From positions 13,308-77,307 of the forward strand of contig NZ_JANXNX010000085.1 in the NCBI RefSeq assembly GCF_025353885.1: DNA of 64,000 nt, read 5' to 3'. This DNA is from Sphingomonas sp. GTDB lineage: Bacteria; Pseudomonadota; Alphaproteobacteria; Sphingomonadales; Sphingomonadaceae. Position 1 is the stretch's first letter; every line of letters begins with the position of its first letter. Positions 29,332 to 38,831 of this stretch are shown piece by piece. The position numbers and the translations under genes are program-made. The notes below the pieces were generated by a model. That model was not told where the DNA came from. It saw nothing but the letters and a program-made list of their open reading frames with translations, and ran no database searches.

Positions 29332-30758
29332 GCCGCACATTCGCGGGCAACCTGCACGTCGTCGAACGGCAGCACGCGCTGTTCGTCCCCGGCCCCGACG
29401 ACCTGCCCGGTCTCGTGCCCCTTGCCCGCGATCAGGACGATATCGCCCGGCCCGGCCTCCGCGATCGCCGCTGCGATCGCCCGCCGTCGGTCGCCGATCT
29501 CGGTCGCCTCTGGGGCCCGCGACATGATCGCAAGGCGGATCGCTTGCGGATCTTCGCTACGGGGGTTGTCGTCGGTGACGATGACACGGTCTGCCATGAC
29601 TTCGGCGATCAAACCCATCTCGGGGCGCTTGCCCGCGTCGCGGTCGCCGCCTGCCCCCATCACGAGGATCAGCCGCCCGACTGCATGCGGTTTCAGCGCG
29701 CTGATCGCCGCCGCCAGGGCATCGGGCGTATGCGCATAGTCGACATAGACCGGCGCACCGACCCGTGTGATGACCGCCCGTTCCAGCCGCCCGCGCACCG
29801 GTTGCAGTCGCGCCAGATTGCCCAGCGTCGTCGCCGGATCGCCGCCGGTCGCGATCACCAGCCCCGCAGCCATCAGCGCGTTCGCGGCCTGGTATTCGCC
29901 GATCAGCGGCAGCACGATCCGGTATTCCTGCTCTTCGTGCACCACGACGAGCGTTTGCCCCAACTGCGTCGGGATTCGGCCGATCAACCGCAGCGTCGCG
30001 CCGCGCGTGCCGATCCCCATCAGTTGCAGGCCCCGCTCCCGCGCCAGGTCGATGACGCGATCCGCAGCCTCGTCGTCCTGCCAGATCACCGCGATTCCGG
30101 CGGGATCGACCACTTCGGAAAACAGCCGCAGTTTGGCAGTCAGATAGGCTGCCATGTCGCCGTGATAGTCGAGGTGATCGCGGCTGAGGTTGGTGAACGC
30201 CGCCGCCGCGACCGGCAATCCCTCGGTCCGGTATTGATGCAGGCCGTGGCTCGAAGCCTCGAACGCGGCATGCGTCACGCCCTCACGCGCCAGCCCCGCC
30301 ATATTACCCAGGAACGTCACGATGTCGGGCGTCGTCAGCCCCGTCGTTACCGTTTCGTCGCCGGTCGTCACGCCCAGCGTGCCTATGCTCGCGGCATGAT
30401 GCCCTGCCATCCGCCACAATTGCCGCGTCAGTTCGACCGTCGATGTCTTGCCGTTAGTCCCCGTCACCGCGACCGTTACCGCCGGGAACGGCGCAAAAAA
30501 CTGCGCTGCCAGCAGGGCAAAGGCGCGGCGCGGTTCGTCGGCGATCACCGCCACGGCACCGTCGACATCGACCCCCGGGCAGGTCACCACCGCAATTGCG
30601 CCCGCAGCGATTGCTGCCGGGATATAATCCTCGCCGTTGAACCGCGCGCCTTTGAACGCACCGAACACTGTTCCCGGCGCGACCTTGCGGTGATCGATGG
30701 CAAAGCCGGTCACTTGCTGGGGATCGTCAGTGCTGAGCAGGCTGCCGAGCCGCATCAA
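29328..30758 (-). CDS. murE: UDP-N-acetylmuramoyl-L-alanyl-D-glutamate--2,6-diaminopimelate ligase
   Basis: P-loop VTGTNGKTST, and DNPRSEDP near the C-terminus (the DNPR motif typical of mDAP-adding MurE). Confidence 0.93.
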   Translation of the reverse strand: MMRLGSLLSTDDPQQVTGFAIDHRKVAPGTVFGAFKGARFNGEDYIPAAIAAGAIAVVTCPGVDVDGAVAVIADEPRRAFALLAAQFFAPFPAVTVAVTGTNGKTSTVELTRQLWRMAGHHAASIGTLGVTTGDETVTTGLTTPDIVTFLGNMAGLAREGVTHAAFEASSHGLHQYRTEGLPVAAAAFTNLSRDHLDYHGDMAAYLTAKLRLFSEVVDPAGIAVIWQDDEAADRVIDLARERGLQLMGIGTRGATLRLIGRIPTQLGQTLVVVHEEQEYRIVLPLIGEYQAANALMAAGLVIATGGDPATTLGNLARLQPVRGRLERAVITRVGAPVYVDYAHTPDALAAAISALKPHAVGRLILVMGAGGDRDAGKRPEMGLIAEVMADRVIVTDDNPRSEDPQAIRLAIMSRAPEATEIGDRRRAIAAAIAEAGPGDIVLIAGKGHETGQVVGAGDEQRVLPFDDVQVARECAA

Positions 30759-32449
30759 TTCTCGCCCTTCGCTTTCCAGACCAGTGGAACAAGTGCGCTG
30801 ATGTCGATGTCCTTGCCACTGTCGGGCATGATGCCGAGGAGCGGCCCGATGCGTGAGATGATCTTGTTAGTCGCCGGCGCCACGACCCAGCCCGCGGTGC
30901 GCTGGCCCGCCGATGCCGCGCTGCCCTTCGGTTCGTCGAGCATCGTCACGACCACATATTTCGGCGCGTCCATCGGAAAGGCTGCGGCAAAGGTAGATAC
31001 CGTCAAATGACGATTATATCCGCCCCCCGCCGCCTTGTCGCCAGTGCCGGTCTTGCCGCCAACGCGCAGCCCGTCGACGTCGGCCTTGCGACCCGTGCCA
31101 TCCAGAACGATCATCCGCAGCATCTGGCGCATCTTGTCGCTCGTCGCTTGCGAAAAGACGCGCGATCCCTGCGGAGCCTTGCCCGGCGCGATTTTCAACA
31201 GGGTCGAGGGGCGAAATATACCGCCGTTGACCAACGCTGCATAAGCGGTTGCCAGATGCAGCGGCGTGACCGCCATCCCGTGGCCATAGCCGATCGTCAT
31301 GACGGTGGTGCGGCCCCAATAGGCCGGCCAGATCGGGCGTCCGCGTTCCTTCAACTCGATATCGGGGGCGGTATCGAAATGCAGTTTGTGAAACAGGCTC
31401 TTGGTCCGCGCCTCGCCCAGTTCATCGGCGATCCGGGCCGTCACGATATTGGACGACAGGATCAGCGTCTCGATGACGTTCAGCCAGCGCCCTGCCGAAT
31501 GCTCGTCGTGAATCTTGTATTTACCGACCTGCAAAGGCGCGGTCGCATCATAGCGTTTTGACAGCGACGGCACGACCCCGCTGTCCAGCGCATTGGCCAC
31601 GGTCAGCGGCTTGAACGTCGACCCCAGTTCATAGACGCTTTGCGTCACATTGTTGCGCCGTGCCTCATCGGGGCCCTCGCCGGGCTTGTTCGGGTTATAG
31701 ACAGGCAGCGACACCATCGCGATGACCTCGCCAGTATGGACGTCCAGCACAACGCCGGTCGCGCCCTTTGCCTGCTGGTCGATCATGGCCGCCGACATTT
31801 CGCTTTCCATGATCGCCTGCACGCGCGCGTCGATGGCCAGCGCTACCGGATTGGCCCGCGTGTGGGCATTGGACAGCCGGTCGTTCAACACGCGTTCCAT
31901 GCCCGACACGCCGCGACCGTCGAAATCGGTATAGCCCAGCACGTGCGCGGCCAGTGTCGTTTGCGGATACAGCCGTTCGGGCTCGCGGGCATAGGCCATG
32001 GCAGGTTCACCGATGGCATTCACCTGCGCCACCAGGTCGGGCATCGCGCGGCGGCGGAGATAGGTGAAACGCACCCCCGACTTCAGGATCGCCAGATATT
32101 GCGCCTCTGACCGTTCGGGCATCAGCGCGGCAAGCTTGGCCGCGACATCCTCGGGGTCGTTCAGCAATTTATTGGTATGGACGCCGATCGACCAGGCATC
32201 GATCGTGCGCGCCAGCACTTCGCCGTTGCGGTCGACGATATCGCCGCGATTGGGCAACAGGCTGGAAACGCCCGCAGCCGCCTTTGCATCGCGCACCACC
32301 GACAGCCACACCAGCCGCCCCGCGATCAGGACGATCACGGCGGCAAACAGCAGCATCAGCATCATCAGACGCTGATGTGCGACGACCAGCGACGCCTGTC
32401 GCTGGTCCTGGTGGCGTATCCGCGGAGGTTGGGCGACCAATGTCGTCAC
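30755..32449 (-). CDS. ftsI: Peptidoglycan D,D-transpeptidase FtsI (PBP3)
   Basis: N-terminal TM, PBP dimerisation domain and transpeptidase motifs STFK (ELGSTFKP), SSN (ILSSNI) and KTGT (GGKTGTG). Confidence 0.92.
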   Translation of the reverse strand: MTTLVAQPPRIRHQDQRQASLVVAHQRLMMLMLLFAAVIVLIAGRLVWLSVVRDAKAAAGVSSLLPNRGDIVDRNGEVLARTIDAWSIGVHTNKLLNDPEDVAAKLAALMPERSEAQYLAILKSGVRFTYLRRRAMPDLVAQVNAIGEPAMAYAREPERLYPQTTLAAHVLGYTDFDGRGVSGMERVLNDRLSNAHTRANPVALAIDARVQAIMESEMSAAMIDQQAKGATGVVLDVHTGEVIAMVSLPVYNPNKPGEGPDEARRNNVTQSVYELGSTFKPLTVANALDSGVVPSLSKRYDATAPLQVGKYKIHDEHSAGRWLNVIETLILSSNIVTARIADELGEARTKSLFHKLHFDTAPDIELKERGRPIWPAYWGRTTVMTIGYGHGMAVTPLHLATAYAALVNGGIFRPSTLLKIAPGKAPQGSRVFSQATSDKMRQMLRMIVLDGTGRKADVDGLRVGGKTGTGDKAAGGGYNRHLTVSTFAAAFPMDAPKYVVVTMLDEPKGSAASAGQRTAGWVVAPATNKIISRIGPLLGIMPDSGKDIDISALVPLVWKAKGEN

Positions 32450-33072
32450 GGACGTTTGCGGCGCTCCTTGTCGGCTGACTTGTCGATGTCGCGCAGGATT
32501 CTGGCATCGAGCATGGCCACCCGCTGAACGTGCGAAATTGCGCGCTCGGGTCGCTCATAGATGGCGCGCTGGAACCCCGCACGAATGCTGGCCGATTCAA
32601 CCGGCACCCGAGGCTTGCTGAGACGAGGCTTTTTCGTCGTGACCACCACTGTTTCCAACGCAGCAGTGCGGATCGTGGCGACCTCGGTCTTGACGGGCGC
32701 GAGCGGCAGCACCGTCGACCCGGAGGAGAACGAGGCATTCATGACCGCTGGCGGCGCATTGGGCGTGCCATCGTCGATTGCGCCCGAACCCAGCGAGGCC
32801 AGTTCGGCCTCGCCGTGCAAGAATTGCTGCGCCTTCGGAGCCGACAGCGCCAGAACATCGCCATTCCACTTTTCCAGTTGGCGAAGCGAAGCCCGGGTGC
32901 CGAGTTCGGTCTGCAACTGGCGCATGTTGCGCTGGGCTAAGGCAATCTGCCGCTCGACCGACTCCAGCTTGCCGCGTTCGGCGGCGACCTGGAGCGAGAC
33001 CATGTACAGCGAGACTGCGGCCGTCGTAACTCCGGCAACCCAGCCTAGCGAACGAAAACGCTGCGCGATCAT
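32446..33072 (-). CDS. ftsL: Cell division protein FtsL-like (alphaproteobacterial long form)
   Basis: Single N-terminal TM (LGWVAGVTTAAVSLYMVSL) followed by a coiled coil (ERGKLESVERQIALAQRNMRQLQTEL). It lies between rsmH and ftsI. The call rests on position and topology rather than on strong sequence motifs. Confidence 0.65.
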   Translation of the reverse strand: MIAQRFRSLGWVAGVTTAAVSLYMVSLQVAAERGKLESVERQIALAQRNMRQLQTELGTRASLRQLEKWNGDVLALSAPKAQQFLHGEAELASLGSGAIDDGTPNAPPAVMNASFSSGSTVLPLAPVKTEVATIRTAALETVVVTTKKPRLSKPRVPVESASIRAGFQRAIYERPERAISHVQRVAMLDARILRDIDKSADKERRKRP

Positions 33073-33085
33073 GAGATTTGGCCGA

Positions 33086-34003
33086 TCATGAAATCAAACT
33101 TTCGTGGGCAGGCCAAGCGGGCGCTGCGGTGCGGCGGGCGGAACGGAGGGTGGCGGAACGGGCACGTGGATTGCGGGCGACTTCGGCTTCGGTGGCGCGA
33201 ACGGGCTTGCCGACTGCCTCGAAACTGGGCACGCGGACCGCCGCCACGGCGGGCAAGTGGCGCGATCCCGCAGGTTCAGCGCCCGAGCGTCGGCGCAGGA
33301 ACAGCTTGACCATGCGATCCTCCAGACTGTGGAACGTCACGACCGCCAGCCGACCACCGGGCTTCAGCGCACGTTCCGCGGCGGCGAGGCCGTCTTCCAG
33401 TTCGCCGAGTTCGCGATTGACGTGCATCCGGATCGCCTGAAACGTCCGCGTCGCGGGATCCTTTTTTTCGCCGGGCTTGTGTCCGACCGCACGACGAACG
33501 GCGCGCGACAGGTCCATCGTCGTCGCCAGCGGGCGCGCGTCGACGATCGCATGCGCAATCCGCCGCGACTTCTTTTCATCGCCCAGAGTATAGATAATGT
33601 CGGCAATCTCGGTTTCGTCGGCGGTGTTCAGAAAATCGGCGGCGCTGGGTCCGGCCTGCTCCATCCGCATGTCGAGTGGCCCGTCGGACTGGAACGAAAA
33701 GCCACGGCCCGGCTGGTCGATCTGCATCGAGGACACCCCGATATCGAGGACGACGCCATCGACATCGCCCGCCTGGTCGAGTCGTGAGAAACAATCCTGC
33801 ACCAGTGTCAGCCGGTCATGCGGGCGCGCCGCCGCAATCGCATCGGGATCGCGGTCGAAGGCGACGACGTCGGCCCCCGCCTTAAGCATCGCGGCTGTAT
33901 ATCCGCCCGCACCATAGGTGCCATCGACATGCCGCTCACCCGGCCCGATCGCGAGCGCAGTCAGCACTTCATCCAGCAGGACGGGGAGGTGCGGCGCGGT
34001 CAT
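33086..34003 (-). CDS. rsmH: 16S rRNA (cytosine1402-N4)-methyltransferase
   Basis: [19 protein letters not shown]..., [18 protein letters not shown] and [12 protein letters not shown] motifs. It has a 4-nt overlap with mraZ. Confidence 0.93.
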   Translation of the reverse strand: MTAPHLPVLLDEVLTALAIGPGERHVDGTYGAGGYTAAMLKAGADVVAFDRDPDAIAAARPHDRLTLVQDCFSRLDQAGDVDGVVLDIGVSSMQIDQPGRGFSFQSDGPLDMRMEQAGPSAADFLNTADETEIADIIYTLGDEKKSRRIAHAIVDARPLATTMDLSRAVRRAVGHKPGEKKDPATRTFQAIRMHVNRELGELEDGLAAAERALKPGGRLAVVTFHSLEDRMVKLFLRRRSGAEPAGSRHLPAVAAVRVPSFEAVGKPVRATEAEVARNPRARSATLRSARRTAAPAWPAHESLIS

Positions 34004-34530
34004 GCCGCACCCCGCTGTTCGAGGCAGAAGCGGACCATATCCTTCAGGTCCTCGTCCACGCCGGGGGTTTCGATCAGAACGCTGGGGTTCCAGATTTCGA
34101 ATGTGTCGCCAGTGCCGATGAAGAACGCGAGGTCGTCGAGCTTGCCCTTGCTGCGAAAGAACGGCGGTAGGATGAAGCGCCCCGACGCGTCGAACGGCAC
34201 TTCATCGACCGCGCCGAACGAGCGGCGCGCGATATTATGGGTATCGACGTCCTTGCCGGCGTCCAGCGCGCGGTTTTCGTCGCGGTCGTTCCGGGCGTGG
34301 AGCAGGTCGGACCAGCCGCGATCATAACCGCTCAGGCAAGGGTCGGCGTCATGTTTGGCAATCAGGAGAACACGGTCGCCGTTGTTGCGTTCAATGACCG
34401 CGCGCAGGGGTGCCGGGATCGCGACGCGGCCTTTGCCGTCGATCGCCTGTAGCGCATAACCTCTGAACAATCCCCGTTCGGCCAAAGCCTGTTTTCCCTG
34501 CATCCACCGAGGCAAAGCTCCGCCGCTCAT
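34000..34530 (-). CDS. mraZ: Transcriptional regulator MraZ
   Basis: Two SpoVT/AbrB-like halves ([17 protein letters not shown] and [15 protein letters not shown]). It is the first gene of the dcw cluster. An alternative start is at 34503 (MQGKQ). Confidence 0.9.
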   Translation of the reverse strand: MSGGALPRWMQGKQALAERGLFRGYALQAIDGKGRVAIPAPLRAVIERNNGDRVLLIAKHDADPCLSGYDRGWSDLLHARNDRDENRALDAGKDVDTHNIARRSFGAVDEVPFDASGRFILPPFFRSKGKLDDLAFFIGTGDTFEIWNPSVLIETPGVDEDLKDMVRFCLEQRGAA

Positions 34531-34726
34531 CCCGCCGCATGTTTTTGCGAGATGCTTGAAATGTCAGCGTGCAGAAACGACCCCGCCTCTTAAGACCGAG
34601 ACGTATCAGGGGATATCGCGGTTCACAACGGTTTTTGACGGGTGAAACGGGGAAATGACGAATAAAACGTGGTGGTTCCGGCTATGTTCTGATTGTGGCT
34701 GGCAGTGCCGCTTCCACAAAGCCGTT

Positions 34727-34803
34727 TAGGCCCCGGCCTTCGCCGGGGTGACGTTAGAAATCGGCCTACGGAAAATCGTCACCCCGGCGAAGGACGGGGC
34801 CTA
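34727..34803. repeat. Composite REP-like element: two 27-nt arms in inverted orientation (26/27 complementary) around a 23-nt spacer
   Basis: Left arm is TAGGCCCCGGCCTTCGCCGGGGTGACG (34727-34753). Right arm is CGTCACCCCGGCGAAGGACGGGGCCTA (34777-34803). Each arm is itself a small hairpin (CCCCGGC-N4-GCCGGGG). The core CCGGGGTGACG recurs at 7981-8006. Confidence 0.6.
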
Positions 34804-34838
34804 TACGGCTCGCAGAAAACGACTCACCGCAAATCCCA

Positions 34839-35099
34839 TCAATTCCCGCGCTTGCCGCCAGCGGTTCGGCCATCCTTGCGATCATTCGCACCGGGCGCCA
34901 CGCCAAGCTGCGCCAGTGGCTCGGCATCGGGATCGACCGCCTTGGAACTAACCGACTTATTCTCAACCGGCAGCGAGGCGGTTGCTCCCGGAGCATCAAG
35001 ACCCGCGGTCCGCCGCACGCTGGTCGCAATGGCGGCCGCCAGCAGGACGATCAGTATAACGGCGGCAAGTCCGGTTACACCGACGCGAATCCGCTGCAT
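34839..35099 (-). CDS. Hypothetical single-pass membrane protein (86 aa)
   Basis: MQRIRVGVTGLAAVILIVLLAAAIATSV (one TM) then a polar tail. A weak AAGAG lies upstream. An alternative ATG is at 35153. The track ORF start 35357 overlaps cysK. No family recognised. Confidence 0.35.
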   Translation of the reverse strand: MQRIRVGVTGLAAVILIVLLAAAIATSVRRTAGLDAPGATASLPVENKSVSSKAVDPDAEPLAQLGVAPGANDRKDGRTAGGKRGN

Positions 35100-35173
35100 C
35101 GGCTCTTGCCGGTGATCATGCCGCAACGGGCTTTGGGGACGGTCACGGACCATGAAGCGGAAAATAGGAGCCG

Positions 35174-36163
35174 CTATCGCTGAAGCCAAGGGAGCACGGG
35201 CAACCCTTTCGCCTTTAACCACTCCGCATTGTAAAGCGTTGAGAGATAACGAAAGCCCGTATCGCACAGGATCGTGACGATCGTCTTCCCCGGCCCCAGC
35301 TTGCGCGCCAACCTGATCGCGCCCGCGACATTGATGCCCGATGACAGGCCAAGGCACAGCCCCTCGTCACGGAGGAGCGCCGCAACCTGTTCCAGCCCCT
35401 CCTCATCGGAGATTCGGAATTGTGTGTCGATCGGCGCGCCTTCCAAATTGGCGGTGATGCGCCCCTGCCCGATCCCCTCGGCCACCGAAGTGCCTTCGGC
35501 CTTCAGTTCGCCATGCGCGTAATATTCATAGAGCGCGGCACCGTGCGGGTCGGCCAGTGCGATGACGATCTGCTCGTTCTTTGCCTTCAGCCCCAGGCCG
35601 ACGCCCGCCAGCGTGCCGCCGGTGCCGACCGCGCAGACGAAGCCGTCGATGCGGCCCTCGGTCTGTGTCCAGATTTCCTCTGCCGTGCCAATAATGTGCG
35701 AACGGCGATTGGCGATATTGTCGAACTGGTTCGCCCAGATCGCGCCGTCGGTTTCCTCCGCGATCCGGCGCGAGGTGTGGACGAAATGCCCCGGGTTTGA
35801 AAACGGTGCGGCGGGAACCAGAACGAGTTCGGCCCCCAGCGCCCGCAGCGTGTCCATTTTCTCGCGACTCTGCGTTTCGGGCATGACGATAATCGTCTTG
35901 TACCCCTTGGCATTGGCGACCAGCGCCAGCCCGATGCCGGTGTTGCCCGCTGTCCCCTCGACGATCGTGCCACCGGGCAGTAGCGCGCCCGATTCCTCGG
36001 CGTCGAGGACGATGTGGAGCGCGGCGCGATCCTTTACCGATGCGCCGGGATTCGTGAATTCGCACTTGGCCAGTATCTCGCAGCCTGTCGCTTCGCTTGG
36101 TCCGTTCAGCCGGACGAGCGGGGTGTTGCCGATCAGTGATATCGTGTCGCGGGCGATGGTCAT
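35174..36163 (-). CDS. cysK: Cysteine synthase A family PLP-dependent enzyme
   Basis: IGNTPLVRL, PLP-lysine context NPGASVKDRAAL, GTAGNTGIGLA and GTGGTLAG motifs. Start moved to ATG 36163 (MTIARDT..). Confidence 0.85.
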   Translation of the reverse strand: MTIARDTISLIGNTPLVRLNGPSEATGCEILAKCEFTNPGASVKDRAALHIVLDAEESGALLPGGTIVEGTAGNTGIGLALVANAKGYKTIIVMPETQSREKMDTLRALGAELVLVPAAPFSNPGHFVHTSRRIAEETDGAIWANQFDNIANRRSHIIGTAEEIWTQTEGRIDGFVCAVGTGGTLAGVGLGLKAKNEQIVIALADPHGAALYEYYAHGELKAEGTSVAEGIGQGRITANLEGAPIDTQFRISDEEGLEQVAALLRDEGLCLGLSSGINVAGAIRLARKLGPGKTIVTILCDTGFRYLSTLYNAEWLKAKGLPVLPWLQR

Positions 36164-36209
36164 GTCCCTCCCTACCCGCGCCGCTTGCCTTCCAGCAAGC
36201 AAAGCCCGC

Positions 36210-37415
36210 TTAACAGTCTGATAGCGGGCGTATGCGCGACCGGCGCAGCGCGATCACGAAAATGGCGACGATCGACATCAGGCCAAGCGGGACCGTGGTC
36301 AATTGCATGATCGAGCGGCCGAACAGCGGGACGATCCACACCAGCGCCAGCACCGTCTTTTCATAAGTCAGGAACCCGCGCTCCCGCCCCTCGGCCACCA
36401 GAAACGCGATTGCCATGCCGAGCGGCACCAGGTCGTAATCCAGAAGATACGGCGTCGACAGCAATGCCGCCGCGATCACCATCGCATTGCGGACGAACGG
36501 GGGCGTTCCGCGTGACACCAGCGCCGCACCTGCGACCGCGATCGCTGTTACCCCGGTCTGTATCCCGTAAGCCAGCGGGATCGATCCGCCCCAGTTGCGA
36601 ACCGCCGAAAACGCGCTCTGAATCTTCTCCCACCCCGTCGCGCCCTGCTCGATAACGACCGACTGGGTCAGCGGCAGCGAATGGATAAATGCCGCCCATA
36701 CCGGCCAGCCCCACAGCACTAGCGTCAGCGCGCAGAGAAGCCCCGCCGACGCCAGCGCGCCGCCGATCGCGCGCCAGTGCCAGCCCAACAGCAGCACGAC
36801 CGGCAGCACCAGCGCGAATTGCGGCTTGTAGATCATGCACCCCAGCAACAGCCCCGCCACGAACGGCCGCCGGTCGAGCAGCAACAGCCCGCCCCCCAGC
36901 AAGGCCGCCGTCAGGAAGCCATTGTGCCCATGCCCAAGGCAGACCAGCACGACCGGCGCACCGCAGGCGGCAAGCGTGACGCCCCTGATCGGCAAGATGC
37001 GACGCACCGTGGCCAGCGCAATCAGCAGCGTCGTCGCCTGCCACACGATCAGCGCCCAGACATAGGGCATCGTCGCCAGCAGCGCCGCGACGAGGAGGAA
37101 CGGCGGCGGGTAATGCCAGCCGTAAAAGGGGATGTCGGGCGAGTGATGAACCAACTGCTGCATCGCGAAATGCGCGGGCCAGTTCCAGGCCAGCGGCGCG
37201 CGCCCGTCGAGCGCCATCCGCCCCGCCGTCCATACGTTCGAAAAGTCGGTGCCGAGCGGACGCCCGAACGAATCGACTGTCCCATGCGCCGTTGCGAACA
37301 GGTAAACGACCATCGCCACCGTCGCGCACAACGACAGAATGGCGAACATTTGCATCCGGGCTGGCGTCAGCCACGCTCCGCGCACCAGTGGATTCGCTGT
37401 GTCGATGGCCTTCAT
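36210..37415 (-). CDS. Polytopic membrane glycosyltransferase, GT87 / DUF2029 family
   Basis: 401 aa with about 10 TM segments. The N-terminal loop motif PLGTDFSNVWTAGRMALDG is typical of DUF2029 (PimE-like) proteins. Confidence 0.75.
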   Translation of the reverse strand: MKAIDTANPLVRGAWLTPARMQMFAILSLCATVAMVVYLFATAHGTVDSFGRPLGTDFSNVWTAGRMALDGRAPLAWNWPAHFAMQQLVHHSPDIPFYGWHYPPPFLLVAALLATMPYVWALIVWQATTLLIALATVRRILPIRGVTLAACGAPVVLVCLGHGHNGFLTAALLGGGLLLLDRRPFVAGLLLGCMIYKPQFALVLPVVLLLGWHWRAIGGALASAGLLCALTLVLWGWPVWAAFIHSLPLTQSVVIEQGATGWEKIQSAFSAVRNWGGSIPLAYGIQTGVTAIAVAGAALVSRGTPPFVRNAMVIAAALLSTPYLLDYDLVPLGMAIAFLVAEGRERGFLTYEKTVLALVWIVPLFGRSIMQLTTVPLGLMSIVAIFVIALRRSRIRPLSDC

Positions 37416-37518
37416 CGGGACAATCCTAATCGAAAGCAGCGCAAAAAGTGGTTAATGGCGGTTCCATTGGGTCAATTCACTTGACGCGCAATGCTGCACC
37501 CGCGAAATCAGCGGCCCT

Positions 37519-37899
37519 ATGAACAAAGCCCCCGCCCTCGCTGCCCTTGCGGCCCTCCTTTCCCTTGCTGCGTGCAACGGTAAGGCCACTCCCACCGCCG
37601 AACAGAACGCCGCCGACGCAGCCAATGCTGTCGAAGCCGCCAAGCCTCCGGTCGAGATGCCACCCTCGGTTGTCGCGACCAAGACCTTCCGCTGCGACGA
37701 CAACAGCGTCGTCTCGGTTGAATTCTATGTCGGCGACAAGCAGGCCAATCTTCACCCCACTGAAAAGGGTGCGGCCGTCATGCTGCGTGTCGACGAAGCC
37801 GGCAAGCCTCTGATTGCAGAGGGTTATTCGCTCGCCGGTGACCAGAAAAAGATCACGCTGGCCATGCCTGCCAAGCCCAGCCAGACTTGCACCAGCTGA
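37519..37899 (+). CDS. Putative lipoprotein (126 aa)
   Basis: Signal peptide with lipobox LSLAAC (MNKAPALAALAALLSLAAC). The mature part has two further Cys (FRCDDN.., ..SQTC). No family assigned; MliC-like was considered, but the diagnostic motifs are absent. Confidence 0.7.
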   Translation: MNKAPALAALAALLSLAACNGKATPTAEQNAADAANAVEAAKPPVEMPPSVVATKTFRCDDNSVVSVEFYVGDKQANLHPTEKGAAVMLRVDEAGKPLIAEGYSLAGDQKKITLAMPAKPSQTCTS

Positions 37900-37913
37900 A
37901 CCTGAACGACCGT

Positions 37914-37947
37914 CCGGCGACCGTGGTGCGTTGCGCACGGTGGCCGG
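37914..37947 (+). terminator. Hairpin after lipoprotein gene (CCGGCGACCGTG-N10-CACGGTGGCCGG, one mismatch)
   Basis: 12-bp stem starting 15 nt after the stop, followed by attgattatat. Confidence 0.45.
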
Positions 37948-38034
37948 ATTGATTATATCGCGGTCAACCGCCCCGGCAGCCGCATCGACCAATCGGTGCG
38001 CGCTCGACCGGGGCGTCGCTCTTTATGACGTGAG

Positions 38035-38820
38035 ATGCCGATGACACGCCGCCGCCAAATCTACGAAGGCAAGGCCAAGATCCTTTACGAGGGTCCCGAG
38101 CCGGGCACGCTGATCCAGTATTTCAAGGACGATGCGACCGCGTTCAATGCCCAGAAAAAGGGTACGATCAACGGCAAGGGCGTGCTGAACAATCGGATTT
38201 CGGAGCATATTTTCACGCTGCTCGGCACAATTGGCATCCCGCACCACTTCATGCGCCGGCTCAACATGCGCGAACAGTTGATCCGGCAGGTCGAGATTAT
38301 CCCGATCGAAGTCGTGATTCGCAACGTCGCCGCAGGCTCGCTGTCAAAGCGCCTCGGGATCGAGGAGGGGCAGCAATTGCCCCGCACCATCATCGAATAT
38401 TATTACAAGGACGACGCGCTGGGCGACCCGCTCGTCACCGACGAACACATCGCCTGCTTTGGCTGGGCCAGCCAGGAGGAAATGCATGACATCGCCGACA
38501 TGGCGATTCGCGTGAACGACTTCATGTGCGGATTGTTCGCCGGGGTCGGCATCAAGCTGGTCGATTTCAAGCTGGAATTCGGTCGTTTGTGGGAAAACGA
38601 ATACGCCCGCGTCATCCTTGCTGATGAGATCAGCCCCGACGGCTGCCGCCTGTGGGACATGGTCACCAGCGAGAAACTCGACAAGGACCGCTTCCGTCGC
38701 GACCTTGGTGGCGAAGTCGAAGCCTATCAGGAAGTCGCACGGCGCCTCGGCCTGTTGCCCGAAGGTGCCGATAACGTCGTCCTCGACCTGGAAACCCAGC
38801 GCAAGAAACGCGGCCGGTAG
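38035..38820 (+). CDS. purC: Phosphoribosylaminoimidazole-succinocarboxamide synthase
   Basis: [33 protein letters not shown]... is SAICAR synthetase along its whole length. Start is ATG 38035 or ATG 38041. Confidence 0.95.
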   Translation: MPMTRRRQIYEGKAKILYEGPEPGTLIQYFKDDATAFNAQKKGTINGKGVLNNRISEHIFTLLGTIGIPHHFMRRLNMREQLIRQVEIIPIEVVIRNVAAGSLSKRLGIEEGQQLPRTIIEYYYKDDALGDPLVTDEHIACFGWASQEEMHDIADMAIRVNDFMCGLFAGVGIKLVDFKLEFGRLWENEYARVILADEISPDGCRLWDMVTSEKLDKDRFRRDLGGEVEAYQEVARRLGLLPEGADNVVLDLETQRKKRGR

Positions 38821-38831
38821 CGCCGGACTTT

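Noticed and set aside
34693-35115. 140-aa plus-strand ORF spanning the REP-like element and the antisense of the small membrane-protein gene.
   Set aside because: It reads through the palindromic repeat (giving ..GPGLRRGDV.. type peptides typical of translated REP elements). It has no RBS and has junk-like composition.
37948-38034. Purine or ZTP (pfl) riboswitch in the purC leader.
   Set aside because: I could not find the conserved ZTP elements (GGGTCGTG..., CCGCCTGGGCA-type 3' pseudoknot) or a purine-riboswitch three-way junction in the 87 nt.
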